Positions 46,187 through 59,182 of a DNA stretch of 64,000 bases are shown in pieces; position 1 is the first letter of the stretch; the number at the start of each line of letters is the position of its first letter. The notes beneath the pieces are model-generated. The model did no database searches, was not told where the DNA came from, and worked only from the letters and a program-made list of their open reading frames with translations. The DNA comes from Babesia bigemina (taxonomy: Eukaryota). The position numbers were made by a program, and so were the translations under genes. Location: positions 2,666,001 to 2,730,000 of the forward strand of contig NC_027218.1 in NCBI RefSeq assembly GCF_000981445.1. Reading direction: 5' to 3'.

Positions 46187-49100
46187 ATGATGGAGTTAGC
46201 CCAGGGCGTCAAGAAGTGAGTTGCACATCGGCCGCTTGCGTTGCAGGATGCCTTTAGTACCAGCCGTGTATGTGTTAGCGCCTATGGCTGCTATTCACGG
46301 CGTTATTCGGTGCGCTAAATATCCGTTGCGGGCTGTGGCATTGCCATTCACGGTTTGTTCATGCTTTGCAGGGTCGAGTGGATCACCGATTCGAGATCTC
46401 CGCTCTGCGGCACCTTTATCGTATATCTGGAGGATCACACGTTCGGCACGCTTATGAGATCGTAGGTGGTTGACGTATGCCGTGACTACGCCGCAGCCGG
46501 CTGAGCAAGGACGAACGTGTTGCGTTCGTTGGATACCGCGTCCCTCACCCCCTGGAAAACAAGCTAGAAATCCGTCTACGTTGCAAAGTAGACAGCCCGT
46601 TTACCGTCATGTTGAATGCCCTATCTAGCGTGCGCAGTAACGTGGCACACCTGAAGAAGGTGTACATGGTAGGTTATTGTCGCTCATGCCGTGTTTAACC
46701 GCTGCCCAGTCCGCGCTTCGGGAGAAGGGAGCCTCACTCTAGTCGATGGAATTCGACCACTAAATTGTCTAAAGCGCGTCCTACGCTCGCAGGACGCGGC
46801 TGCGCTGGGCCTCGACGCCGTTAGCACTGGGCGTTGTTTGGCCCGCCACGGCAATCAGCGCCGCGTAACACACTCAATCGCTATTCCTTGTTTTTCACTA
46901 TACTTCCGTCTACAAATGTTTGATGTAGTGGATACGGCTGAGAGCGTTCCGCCGCTTGCGGTACACGCCGGGTAAGTCCGTGGCGATGTCGACGCCGTTC
47001 TGAAGGGACGCGTTCGCTTCCCTTCTCCTTCGATGCATTCCGCATCATTACACATTCAGCTGTGTGACCTTTTCGAGGCGATTGGAGGTGTGCTGGCTGC
47101 CGTCGCTGCGAGGGAAGGATGGAGTGGACATCGAGGACTGGAAAGTCTGCATCAGTCCACAGGTGGAGCCGTATATCACTACCACGCATATAACAGCCCT
47201 GGATGTCTGCAAAGCGCCCGTCACTCTCAGCAATTACAACTTTGTCGTCGTGCTGGGATACGCCAACGGCATCATCTGTCTTTCCGGCGTGGACGCCCAG
47301 GGGCAGTTCCACATAGTATCGCATAACGACAGGAACAGTGCCCAGGTGCTCCACCTGGAGGTTCACGTCGACATTGAGGCGGATAAAAGGGGCAAAGCCG
47401 CGCTTCACAGCTTCGCGCTGTTTGAGGGCGGCACCATCGTGCGTTTTGCATGGGACACCCTGCAGCAGATCTCCATAGAGTGGTAAGCGTCTCGCGCAGC
47501 ATCGGCATGATGCGCAGCGGCTACGGCATCAACGGAATGCACGCCAGCTTGGCTCACAGTGTGATTGCGCAGTACGCCCCGGACCGCATGGTGCTGAGGT
47601 GTCTGGATACCGACAGCATCCTGAGGACCTTCGAGAACATAGGCAGCGACACCTGGGAAGAATGGGCGCTGGCCTTCCACCCTCATCGGCGTCTGTTGGC
47701 ATTTGCAGGCACAAATGCTATCCGCTATACGTCCGCTCCCCGCTGGGAGATCTACCAGTTCGGCGACGGCGTGGTTCATTCGGAGCCCATATCGTGCCTG
47801 CAATTCACCGCCCTTGGCGACATAGTGGTGCTGCTTACCGCCAGCCAAGACAACATCGCAGTGTGGGATTTCGACACCCAATCTGTTCTATATAGGCGAA
47901 CGGGTAATACGACGTGTTTTGTGGCTCATCATTCTCCAGGATGCGAGTTCAGGTTGTGTTTCCTTACCGACCTGAGGGAGAACGAGGTCAGCCTGGCAAT
48001 CTTGGGACACGTCTATGACAGAAGTATGTTGCGTTGAACGCGCGTCACTAGTTCGCAGAGCCCTGGACCCTCACTCGGCTGACACTACCTGCTGATGACC
48101 GCATGGAGGAGGTAGGGGTGAAGCGCCTCGCGGAGGCGAGTTCCTCTTCGAAAGGCGCTGACGCCCAAGTAAACAAGCGACTGCGCCGGATGGTGGATGA
48201 TGAGGCGGAGGATGCCGGAGACGACGTTGCGGAGGATGCTGGAGACGACGTTGCGGAGGATGAGGGCGGCCTCTTTGACGGCGTAGACAATATCGACGTC
48301 GATGCCGAGAAGCCGGAGGCACCAGCGTCCCCATCAAGGCACCGCCGCCGCAACGTAGACGTCTTCGACGTGCTCAATGATGAATCGAGCATCGCGCTGA
48401 TGGAGGACATCGAGCGGCTCAAGCGGCGTGTGGCACAACTTGAGCGGCGGACTGAGGCGCGTTACAATCTCACGCCGGGCTCATGCCCAGCGCCGCATGA
48501 CGAGTCTTCTCAATGGTGGGCAATAGCATGGTCGATGTTGCAGTCATGTGCAGGCTCATGTATTGGGACGATGGTGGGCAGATTACCAAGCAAGGTTCCG
48601 GCGATTCCACAACTCTGCACGTCCACCTCTACTCGGGCCCCAATGCCGGTTACATACAGAAGCATGACAGCCACAACTGCCACACGGCCGCGCTGTGCGG
48701 TAGGGCCCTGGTCACGGGCAGCGAGTTGGCTGTAGACAACGCACCCCAGGGGCTGTTGACCGTCTACAACCTGGGCACCAACGAGATCTGGCAGCGCCGG
48801 TTAAGGCACGAAAGCATCGCCTCAGTGGCAGTCTCTGACGAATTTGTAGCTGTTCTGGGAGACGGCGTGCTCTACATATTCTCCTTTGCGGGTAGCATGT
48901 TGGGGGTGTACCGCCTGAAAGGCGCACCGGTCGGCCTAGCTGCCAAGGGCAACATCTTGGCCGTCATTTCAGAGTGCACCAGCAACCCAAGGTCGTCCAC
49001 AGTGTACTCCACGCGCCTGTTGTGGGTGAACGGTTTGCGCGGCCTCGCCCGAAATTCCTTGAACCGCGTCGTCGACCTTTACGACGACGTGCTCGTACTG

Positions 49101-50361
49101 CCGCCTAACAGACATGTGTCATGGCTCAGCATTTCCGACCAGCTCAACCTCTGGGTGGGCGATTCGTCCGGTGAGTTGTCGACCGTACGATGCCACCTCA
49201 TATCGCGCAGGCCAGTTGATGTCGCTGGTGCCGGCCATGGCGAGCTTCCACAAGCTGGGCGGCGTGTCCTTCGAGTGGGTCCCATCGCTGCACCTCGCCG
49301 ACCTGGGTGGTGAGAGCTCGTCGGAGGAGAAGAGCAATCGCATAAGGGCGTTCCCGCTCTACGTAAATGAGCAAAAGGTTTGTTTACGAAGTTCTCGTGT
49401 CCTCATCGATGTTAGCTGTGCTACATCCGCCTGAAAGAGGGCGAACGCTACCCTCACAGCCATGCGCCAGTGAACTTCCTGGGCTACACGCTGCGTAAGG
49501 CGCCGCTGCGTATCGAGGGCGCAAGCGGTGCTTACATGCCGTTCAACAAGTTCCATTCGGTGATGACACGCGACCCCAAACTGAAGGAGGTCGGCCCCGC
49601 TGGCATCGTCGAGGATGTCGCTGCCATCCCCTGGCAGCAGTACGACGAGATGCGCCACTCCCTAACGCTGCAGGGGGCTCAACTCGAGCTGTTGATGCAG
49701 CTGCAGCAGGCGTACGGCTTCTGGTTCCGTGATGCCGAGCGCGTGACCCAGAAGGCTGCGACTTCGATGGGCAACGTCGAACTGGTGCACGACAAGTGGC
49801 TGCTGCGTATGCTGCGCAAAGTGAAAGGCCAGCGCCAGGTGAGGAGTGCTGTGCGAGCCCTTCCTCATTCGTGTGCAGGACAGCAATGTACTCTACGATG
49901 TGCTGCGTATGATCCGCTACCAGCGTTGCTTGGACACTGCCGCTGAAATCCTGTCGGACCAGATGGACGGTCGCCAGAGGTGGGTTTTGTAACAGCAACA
50001 GTTCACGCTTTGTAGGAGGGTTCTGCGTGAAGCGTCGATGCTGCTGGCCAATGGCCCGAACCGGGACTTTTTGTTCCCATCGCGCGAGAACAAGGCACCT
50101 GATGCCAACGATGCGCAGCAGCCCAGAGCGGATGGCGAGCCGGATGCTGGGAGAGGCGTGCATGATGTGACTGTCCTCAACAGGACCGTTGTTGCAGACA
50201 AGGACACGGTACCTGTCAGCGTAGCTGCCCCAGCTAAGGCCGTGCCGCCGTCCGCTGCACCCAAGCCGAAAGCGCCGGCCAAGCCCGTGCACGGTTTCGT
50301 GGAAGTCGACGGCAACCCAGAGGACAAATCAAACTGGATGGAACAGGTGTTCCGCCCATGA
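46187..50361 (+). CDS. Ctf4/AND-1/Mcl1-like WD-repeat replisome protein, many exons
   Basis: WD-like N-terminal exons (ISCLQF, IAVWDF), acidic linker, TPGSCP..LMYWD..G start of a SepB-like propeller, helical C-terminus; boundaries approximate. Confidence 0.6.
48205..48261 (+). repeat. 24-bp coding tandem repeat (AEDAGDDV, ~2.4 copies)
   Basis: GCGGAGGATGC(C/T)GGAGACGACGTT repeated. Confidence 0.9.
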
Positions 50362-50545
50362 AACATCTAGTGTGCGATGTTTTTATAAACCTGTTATAAT
50401 GTGACTGCCACAGGGCAGTCGTAGCGATAGCATTCTCTAGCAGCTGTGGACGCGACTGGGCCTGGGTAATCGTGCACCCAGGGCAGCAGTTGTCGATACT
50501 GACGCGGTACTGTGAGCGTGAACACGCCACTGGCATTCCCCATTC

Positions 50546-51751
50546 TCACTGGCCTTCTGCGCCAGCATCTGGCGCCGGTGTCAGGATGTCGGCCAGGTCG
50601 GCGCACTCCTCGGGCAGCCACCCCGGTGGGCGCGGCACCTTGAACGATTTCTTCTGCTTCATGAACTTCTTGGCATGCGCATTGGGGCCGTCCCGTGCCT
50701 CGCGTTCCGCTTTGCGTTTCAGCAGCCGCTCGCGCCGCGTCTTGCATCGTTCGGCGGGGTCGAGCGGGACTCCCCGCTCACGGAAGCGGCGGCGCTTGGA
50801 GGAGTGCTTCGTGCGGTAGTAGGGCGCGTAAATGTCATACGGCGAGTCTCGCTCCGCCTTGTCGATGCGCGAGTAGTACTCGCCGTGGACCTTGAACCCG
50901 TCCGGCTTCACGACGAAGCTTTTGCCGTCGCCCATATTCACCACAATTTTGTCCTTGATGCCGTATTTCTCGTACAGCTCGGCCTCTTCCTGCTTGCGCT
51001 TGGCCCTCATTTCTTTCCACGAGATCGTCCGGCGGTACTCGTTCGGCTTCTCCAGTCCCTCCCTCTCCGCCTGTGCGGCGAGCTCGCGCTTGGCCTCTGC
51101 AACGCGGCCGTGGAAGGAGAGGAACCGGTTCATGAAGTAGATGTACCTGGGATCGTCCTTGTAGTGCTCGTGGACATAGGGGAGGATGTGGTAGAAGCTG
51201 GTGAGCTTGCTGAAGCGGAACTCGTTGTACGACCGTGCGTAGTTGATGTAGCGACTACAGGGGCCGTTCGGCATCTTCTTTCCCGAGGCGTACCAGAAGA
51301 ACCTCAGTTTGTTGTCCTTCTTGTAATGCTTGAAGATGTGGCGCGTGCACGGAGGTTTCGTGGCGAGTTCGACGTCGTACTTGAAGTTCGGGTTGTCGGG
51401 GTCGTTCTCGTGCATGAAGCGGTGGATGACGTAGAGCGGGTGCTTGTCCTTGTACATATCGAAGTAAATTTTGCTGCGCACTTCACCCTTGCGCTTTACG
51501 CGCTCCGCGTTGTACCTGTAGCCGAAAACGACCTTCCTCGTCATACGGAGAGGTAGCGACCTAGCAGGCCCGCCGAGCAAAGACAGCCGTGGGGGAGCGA
51601 TGAACGAGCTTCGTCCACAAGTGGTGGATAAATACCGTGATGTAACAGCTCCATCATTCCCGATAAATAGCGACCCTGAGTAGATATGAGTGTATTGTGA
51701 ACGGGTTAATGCTACGGTAGACAACACCGGTATACACGGCAGGCAAGGCAT
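50546..51751 (-). CDS. Basic hypothetical protein, probably organelle-targeted
   Basis: 401-aa ORF; strong GC3 bias after the leader; Lys/Arg/Tyr-rich. Confidence 0.75.
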   Translation of the reverse strand: MPCLPCIPVLSTVALTRSQYTHIYSGSLFIGNDGAVTSRYLSTTCGRSSFIAPPRLSLLGGPARSLPLRMTRKVVFGYRYNAERVKRKGEVRSKIYFDMYKDKHPLYVIHRFMHENDPDNPNFKYDVELATKPPCTRHIFKHYKKDNKLRFFWYASGKKMPNGPCSRYINYARSYNEFRFSKLTSFYHILPYVHEHYKDDPRYIYFMNRFLSFHGRVAEAKRELAAQAEREGLEKPNEYRRTISWKEMRAKRKQEEAELYEKYGIKDKIVVNMGDGKSFVVKPDGFKVHGEYYSRIDKAERDSPYDIYAPYYRTKHSSKRRRFRERGVPLDPAERCKTRRERLLKRKAEREARDGPNAHAKKFMKQKKSFKVPRPPGWLPEECADLADILTPAPDAGAEGQ

Positions 51752-52451
51752 AGTGTAAAATGCGAAGCATCCATCTTTTCATATAGTTCAACACGTGTGT
51801 GATGAACGTGATAGCTCCATAACGTCACTATGACTCTTCAGTCACTACAATGCAAGACGATATATGCTTACCGCATCTCCTGCGTATGGCGGCGGCATCC
51901 GAGAACCCCTGAGGAGCCAAATGGCGCAAAACCAGCGTCCACAGCGTGAAGATCCATGCTGCTGCGTGATTCATGCCATTGCCAAGCGCTGGCGGCACGG
52001 AGGAGGGCAGAAGGCTGCCTACCTCCTATGCCTTACGGCGCCAAACGCTCCGTCATAGCAGGAAACACTAGCATTCTTGGGCTCATAGGTTACACATAAT
52101 TCAGACCTTGGTCTAGGGCCTGATCTTCCACAAATGTGCGTAGTGTGGCTTGCCGGCAGGTCCTTCGCCGAACGTGCGACGTCCAGACACTACTTCAGCC
52201 CGGTGGCAGCTGAAGCGCGCAGCATGGCGGAAAAGCATTTATACGCAACCATTTACACGTTAGTATTAATAATTAAATCTGTAAATATGTTGATGTTCGG
52301 TCGTCACGGTTGAGTTTCTTGCGGAGCAGATGCTAGTGTGTAGTCCCGAAAAGAGAAGCCTTCCACCGTCGAGCGCAACGTATTCACTTGTATCGGAAGC
52401 CACGTGAATGTCAACCTGTTTCAGCATCCGCCTTATTCTTCGGTTTTAAAT

Positions 52452-54296
52452 TCAAAAGGGGGCGATGCCAGTTTTCTTGACTGCATCTTCCAGCTCACGT
52501 TCGCCTTCGAATTCCTCGAGACGGTTGAGGCACTGCGGCACTTGTAGGGCGCCCTCAATCTTGGCCAATGCTTTGAGCGCAATTGCGTGGATCTGGTCCA
52601 TAGGAGTTTCCAACTTGTTCAGCCACAAGTGGTCAATCATAGCTTCGATTTCGAAAGTATCGGCCGTCACGTACAATTCCCACATGTCTAAGCACGCGCG
52701 TATGCTCGTGGAGGTGCCGTAGCTGTCGTCGTGCACGCATCGGTCAAGTTCCGGTTCCACCATGTTGACTGTAATGGGCCTGGCCATTTCCTGATTGCCC
52801 TCTGGCATCCTCGGGGGGGATCGGTATTGACCCTGCAGGTAGCTCACAACAGCCGTCAATCCCTTGAAGTATGCCGTGGCCCTGACGTGCACCGCCCTGA
52901 ACTCGTTCGTTATCCGGTGGTAGCCGGCTTGCAAGGGGATATTGATGTTGTCCATACCGAGGCGGAACCTCAGGGACGCGAACACCCGCTTTAGTCGCGC
53001 ATCAAGCGAATTCAAGCGGCGCACGTTGTCCGTTAGAAGCGGCCGTTTGGCCTCGTAGCAGTTCCGCAGGCGTGTCATGGCATCAGCAGCCTCGTCATCC
53101 TGTATGACGTAGCCTCCCAAAGGCAGCACCCGGGTCCACAGTGGGGTGTGCTCAGATACGTAGATGTATCGAATCCGGTGGAATGCTGCGAGTTAAATGT
53201 AATTTGTGTCAATCAATGGGCACTCATTCAATCCCTTTCACCCAACTGCGGTGGCACAGCACTAATACTTACATAGACTCTCTTCAACACGTCGTTTTAA
53301 GCCGAACGCAGTTGTAATTGCCTTTCGCGTGGTGCGACGTCTCTCCAATGAACCGTCTAATGAGCTCGATAGCTCAGAGCTTCCATCCTCTGCGGAATCG
53401 TCAGACCACTCATTGGAGGGCGAGTTTTCGGCATCCATGTTGTCGTACATGTCAGTCATAGGCCTTTCTGCAAGAAATGAGTCGCCATTGTATCCCGTAT
53501 TACCACTGGAGTTAAGTTTGAGATTGGCAGCAATGACCGTGGGGTCCACGTCCTCGGTGGCGTCGCTTGGTTCATTAGAGTCCTGATCTTGCATTCCACC
53601 CGATACGTCTTCACCCATGTCACTGGTATCAGCTCTGAGGTTGTCATACCCGCCGTATCTTCCCCTGTATACCATCCTACTTTCGTTACCTCCGCCATAG
53701 GTCCTCCTGGTTCTCATGCAACCCTCGTTGCTGTCATCGAAGTCGCTCAGGTTGCTCATATCCGTCTGGGCACTCTCGTCGTCGCTGTCTCTGCTTGAAC
53801 CCACCGAGTACCCGTCCTTCCCCATTAACGCTCTGATGTGCCGTTCCCACTCCGTTGTCATGGGCTCGGTGGTTCCGTCGTGGCGGGCATGCACCATACG
53901 AGACGTGTGGGTGGTGTGGACGACGTGACCGTCATTGTGGGTGTTGATCTTTCTGGTCGTCCTGCGAATCTTCCCGGTGATGAGGCGGGTGAATCGCTGA
54001 GCCCTGCCCTTAAGGTTCTATGTGCGGTGAGACGCGAACACGGGATAATCGCTTACATTGTCAGACGGCTCGTTGTAGCTGCGGGCATCGACGTAGTGGC
54101 CGTGGTGTACACCATCTCCGACGATGGGCTCTGCATAAGTCTCGCCGTCTTCCCTGGGGATGTACCTCCCCTCCCCGTCGAGCTGGTTATTCTCATCCGA
54201 TCGACGTAGGTCGTAGCTCGATAGAGTTGGGCCCTGGGCGGCTGCGCCGATCAGGCGGTAGAGCCCGAAGAGGGCGGCGCACGTGAAGAGCTTCAT
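52452..54296 (-). CDS. Secreted hypothetical protein, 3 exons (54296-54057, 54017-53273, 53185-52452)
   Basis: Signal peptide MKLFTCAALFGLYRLIGAAA; GTAAG-donor introns 54018-54056 and 53186-53272 join three ORFs in frame. Confidence 0.8.
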
Positions 54297-54945
54297 GGCG
54301 TGCCGGCTTAGTTCCTGCTAATAATAACGGATCTTGACAGCCGCAATTGTGGTCCCAGATGATACCTAATGCAACTTAATTGTCACCAGGTAACGACATA
54401 GGCGTATCCGTTAGTGTGTGGTTATTGGACGTGGATGGGTGCACTGTCGTTCCCTGGGATGTCTAGAGATAAAAGCGCCGCGTAAATATAAGTGATATCA
54501 GTAGGTTTCAACTCTGAGGCGCCGCAATAAGAGCACCGGTGAGGCGCTGACGCCAGCTGTGGCAAGTGGTGGTGACTACAAACGCAATCGTGTACTCACC
54601 ACCACTTCACCGGCACGCAAAAACCTCGTTAACATGCCCACACGCACGCTAAGCAGCTCAACACACATCACACGTGGTTGTGGCTTTCAGAGGTGGAGCC
54701 GCATGATTCAATCTCTGTACCGGTTACCCACACGGTTGTGTGGATAGGCTGTGCCCAGCATGCAGAAGATGACCGCGCGAATAAAGGTTATCTAATTAAT
54801 CTGAGCAAATGGCAATGATTAAACGCGGTTATAGCTTCATGTTGCTTTCAGACGGCGGTGGTAAATGTAACGGTGCGCCGAACGATTGGAGCTGTCTGCC
54901 CTACCGCAGTATGCGCCCGGCCCCTGAAGGCGCTGCACACATTTA

Positions 54946-55776
54946 ATGTTTCCACGAGCGCTGGTGCCACTTTGCTTCAACCACGCGTGGCGGCTGCCGC
55001 GTGCCGGCCGCGTGCAACCGTGCATATCGCAATTCTTGAGCCGGCAGTGGCACAGCGCGGCGTTTACACATCGCAGCTGCTCCTTGGCTCTCCCCGCGGC
55101 GTCGCGTGCGCCACTTCCGTGGTTAGCGGAACAGGTAAGACATTTTGCAGGACGGCAACGCGGGCTGAAGCGGCGTAAAAGCAAGAGCGAGCCCCGCAGA
55201 ATCCAGCGCGCGGTCGGACGGCGACTAGAGCTCTTCTACCCAAAGCGCGCCCGCAGAACACGCATCCGCCTCGTGCAGAACTCGCGAGGCAACGTCATTT
55301 TTGATCCGGTGTTGCGCCGGTTCCTCGTTGTCTACTACAAGCAGGGAGTCCAGGTGTTCCGCCAGTTCCGCGCGACCGGCTCCAGGTTCGAGATAGCGCG
55401 CTCCAGAGCCATCGCGTTCGCCCGCCAGATGGCCGAGGAGCACCTGCGGCGGTACCGTGCACGCCCAGGCGCTAGTGACGACGCTTTGCCATCTCCCGTT
55501 GGCTCCAACATCATCAACCTCGAGAACAAGCTGCAGCCAGACTGCAACCTCAGTGGCGTGCGGGGCGTTTTCTTCGACGCAAAGTCGGGTGCGTGGGTCG
55601 CTGTGTACAAGGACGCAGGGGTGCGTAAGTACCGCCTGTTCCCTACCCGCGAGCTGGGCTTTCAGAACTCCTACTCGCAGGCCGTCGAGTTCCTGCGCTT
55701 TGCGCTCTATCGCAACCACCAGTTCCTGCACCGCAGGACGCGCACGCGCAAAAACAGGCCGGCGCTGAAGCCTTGA
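54946..55776 (+). CDS. Small ApiAP2 protein with two AP2 domains and a mitochondrial-type presequence
   Basis: VIFDPVLRRFLVVY..F...FEIARSRAIAF and GVRGVFFDAKSGAWVAVY...F....GFQNSYSQAVEF; Arg-rich, nearly acid-free N-terminus. Confidence 0.8.
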   Translation: MFPRALVPLCFNHAWRLPRAGRVQPCISQFLSRQWHSAAFTHRSCSLALPAASRAPLPWLAEQVRHFAGRQRGLKRRKSKSEPRRIQRAVGRRLELFYPKRARRTRIRLVQNSRGNVIFDPVLRRFLVVYYKQGVQVFRQFRATGSRFEIARSRAIAFARQMAEEHLRRYRARPGASDDALPSPVGSNIINLENKLQPDCNLSGVRGVFFDAKSGAWVAVYKDAGVRKYRLFPTRELGFQNSYSQAVEFLRFALYRNHQFLHRRTRTRKNRPALKP

Positions 55777-56068
55777 TTGAACTGCTCTAGTAATGTCATT
55801 GCTAATACAACGCTGCCCCAGAGCCAACGGCCGCCCAGTCGATCGGCGGCATGCCTCCCCCAGTAACGCTGCAATCAGTGTAAACGGCGCGGTGTCTGAC
55901 ACGTGGGCCACGTATGTAACTATCTAATGTATGCACTCATGTTGTACACTGTCATTATATCGGACAAATCACAAAGTTAGACGTCAGGCACGACAGTTGC
56001 CATTGCGGTGCACCGCGGCACACGGACCTGTCCTACGCTGACTCGATGAGCTACCCCCAGACTGACAC

Positions 56069-57355
56069 TCAGGAGGTCCACACTTGCTGCCACTTCTGCA
56101 CCATGAGCTTCTGCGCGCAGAGCATGGCCTCCCTCGCAACCTCGCGGTCGCGGCTCCCGATGAGTTCCATGACGCGGTCCTTGACGCGGAACTTCTGGCA
56201 GATGGTCTTGCCGTTGTGGTAGAGCCGGGCGAACTCGCCCAGGTCGAAGCACGCCACGGCGATGGTGGTGGGGTCCTCGGAGGCGTACAGCAGCTTGACC
56301 AGCTTCGAGATGACGCTGAACTCGTCGTCCTCGAATTTGTCGAAGTGCACGGCCCAGAACTTCTCGGAGTGCAGCACGGACCACTTCAGCGCCCCGGTGT
56401 CGACCTCGAGGACGTACCTTTCGAAGTTGCTGATCTTCGTGGTCTTGCTCTCGAGCGACGCGCGGAGCTGCTGGATGTTGTCGTAGAGCTCGATGTCACG
56501 CCACTTGTCGTACTCCAGCAGCGTGAGCGTCTGCGACACGTTCTTGTCGATGATGAGCTCCAGGCATCGCGTGCTCTTGAAGAGGTTTTTCAGCAGCAGC
56601 AGGCCGACGCGGACGATCTTCTCTATCTTGGTGGAGCAAAAGAGGTCGCACAGCGCATGCACCAGGCCCTTGTCGTACATGGCTTCGACGTAGTTCTGGC
56701 TGCGAGAGAACAGCCACATGCAGTAGACCGCCTTGTACTGCGCGTTAGGCGCGCCTTCCCTCTTCAGGCAGCTCCCGATCAGCTCGATCAGGGCACTCTC
56801 CTGGAACACGGACTCGCGGTAGCTCTCCTCCTCAATCAGGTTTGCGATGGCGTAGAGTTTGGGCGCCGCGTCGGTGTTGCTGGCAAGGATCGACTGCAGG
56901 AGGCTCATCACCTGCTCGAGGGTGAACCTGTCCTTGCCGCACGCAAGGAACCCGGAGAGCAGGAACATGGTCTTCTCGATTATCTTCCGCTCGCTGTCGT
57001 GGGTGGCGATGTCGTAGTAGATCTCGAAAACATCGCGATCGTTGAGTGTGTTGAGCAGGAACGCGTAGGTTGAGGCGTCCACCCGGCAGGCGTCGCACAG
57101 CCTCTCCAGCGAGTAGCACCGCAGCAGACCCGGACCCGTCGCATAGGTTGAGTTGAGCAGCACTCGAGCGACGAGCTCGTTATCCCGTATGAAATCGCAG
57201 CGCTCCACGCTGTTCATGCCCTCGAAGCGCTGCAGCACCTCGGACGACGACTCGTCCAGCGCGCCGGAGGCGACCCATTCTGCGAAGTCAGGGATCACCG
57301 AATCGTAGACAGTCCCCTCCTTCTGGATGAGCTTGTTGAGCGCTTCCGGCTCCAT
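56069..57355 (-). CDS. VMA13: V-type ATPase subunit H
   Basis: KIEKIVRV, LKWSVLHSEKFW, AVACFDLGEFAR, VAREAMLCAQKLM. Confidence 0.93.
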   Translation of the reverse strand: MEPEALNKLIQKEGTVYDSVIPDFAEWVASGALDESSSEVLQRFEGMNSVERCDFIRDNELVARVLLNSTYATGPGLLRCYSLERLCDACRVDASTYAFLLNTLNDRDVFEIYYDIATHDSERKIIEKTMFLLSGFLACGKDRFTLEQVMSLLQSILASNTDAAPKLYAIANLIEEESYRESVFQESALIELIGSCLKREGAPNAQYKAVYCMWLFSRSQNYVEAMYDKGLVHALCDLFCSTKIEKIVRVGLLLLKNLFKSTRCLELIIDKNVSQTLTLLEYDKWRDIELYDNIQQLRASLESKTTKISNFERYVLEVDTGALKWSVLHSEKFWAVHFDKFEDDEFSVISKLVKLLYASEDPTTIAVACFDLGEFARLYHNGKTICQKFRVKDRVMELIGSRDREVAREAMLCAQKLMVQKWQQVWTS

Positions 57356-57799
57356 CGCGGAAACGGGGTTTGTCACTCAGCGCCTGCGGCTTACGGCCCG
57401 GGGGACGGACGGCGCGCCCTCTCTACCCGGTGGTTTAGGGGCAAAAATACTACACACCTCGTTTTATTAGTTAAATTCTAGATTTCGCAATAGCTCTGCG
57501 ACGCCTGCGGCTTGACGGCCACCGTCAGCAGCACCTAGACACACAGCGCGGGGTACGCTTCGGTAGCCCCGTTTAGGGAGAGGACGTAAGTGCATGCTGC
57601 GGGCCAATTTTGACTTAGTGTTACATCTGGCAGAGGTCTATCGTGTAGGTGAGCACATAGTCACACACCGTCGTTTGGATTTGCCTATACCTAGTCGATG
57701 CGATCTCCAAGTAATATGCGTTCAGTTGCCAGAACCAGGTGACAGCCCTTTTGGTGCTAATGCTGTGGCTTGGACAGGTACAACAGCGTAGGAGGCACG

Positions 57800-59182
57800 T
57801 CACTTCTGTTTCTGTGCCGCCGATATCTTCTCCAGCTGCTCCATGGGTATGGCGGCCTTGTCGGCGATGATCTTCTCGATCTTGCGCCATTCGGCACGGT
57901 TTCCCCGAGACTTCTTGCCCTTGCCTCCCGTTTCGTCGTCGCTGTCTACGTCAGCAGCGCACGGGTAGCACTCGTCGTAGCCGTCCGCCACCGCAGCGGT
58001 GCGTTTGCGACGGCCCAGCACTTGTAGCCGCGAGGGGCCCTGGTATGTCTCGTTGGCGCCTTCGTCGTCTGCAGGCAGAATTAGCGCATTGTATGCTTAG
58101 TACCGACCTGATTCGTCGGCGAAGTATTTCTCGTCTGGCTTCAGTCGGGTGACTTCGTCGGTGTTCAACTCGTTGCTGCGGTATTCGCCGGCGTCGGCGA
58201 AGATATCATCGGAGTCGTCCCCGGATCCACCATGAGCAGGTTTTAGTGGTCTAGCGTGCAGTCGCTCCTCCTTGGGTTTTTTGCGATTCTCCTGGTGCCA
58301 TTGCAGGGCCTCGGCGATCTCCTGCACGGGCATTATGCACACGGTATCTAACGTACACTTTTGAGTTCGGCGGAAAGACACCCCCGCATTTCGCCACGTA
58401 CTGGTGCTTTTTCAGGATCCCCTTTTGAAACCACGGTTGAGGGCACGTCGTTAGCGGATGGCTCCATGCTCAGGTCCAACGTATAAAAGGTCTGCGTGTC
58501 GGCGTCCTTCCTCTTGAACTTGTAACCCTGGCACACCAAGCTGTACGTCTTCGACAGCCTTTGATGGAACTGCCGGTGGTGCATGTGCGTGTGGTAGATG
58601 AACGTGCGATAGATGTATCGGCCCAGGTCGGAGTGGCCGATTTCCTCACCCGCAGCCGCGGCGGCAGCCTCGGCAGCCCGTTCGGCTGCGACCCTGAAAC
58701 ATGTGCATCACGGACAATTTCCACGTACTTAGGAGCTAGGCTCTTGCGTACCTTCTCCAGTAACACGTAGTCCAGGCCCTTTACCAGGTGCGTGTGCTCC
58801 TCATCGCCGCCCTGCCGTGCCGTGAATATCGGCAGACATTAACCCACCATGTACCGCGATTCCTCCTCAGTCTGGGCCTTCAACAGTGCATGCTCCTCGA
58901 CGATCTTCTTGTAATATTCGTCTTTCAGCTGGCTGCGTTCGAATGCGCGATCACGGTAATTGCCCTCGGTAGTACGTTCTGGCTCCTCGGGCCGGCGGCG
59001 TGCCCTGAAAACATTGTAGAGTCACAACTCAAAACTTACGCCTGGTGACGCCTTCTACTATCCGTTGCATCGTGCTTGGATTTGTGCTTAGATCGATGCG
59101 AATCCTTTGCTCGCCTGCGGATAGTCACGGAAACGACGCGGAATACAAACCTCCCGGCGGAGTCTTGTCCACCCTGAGCCAT
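57800..59182 (-). CDS. RED/IK-like splicing protein, multi-exon
   Basis: YRDRAFER, GGDEEHTHLVKGLDYVLLEKVR, DDIFADAGEY, GYDECYP. Confidence 0.82.

Noticed and set aside
54018..54056. Apparent premature TAG or readthrough in the secreted gene
   Set aside because: The TAG is the acceptor of a 39-nt GTAAGC...TAG intron, so the gene is intact
57433..57578. Two TTTAGGG telomere-like heptamers
   Set aside because: Isolated and not tandem; compatible with chance
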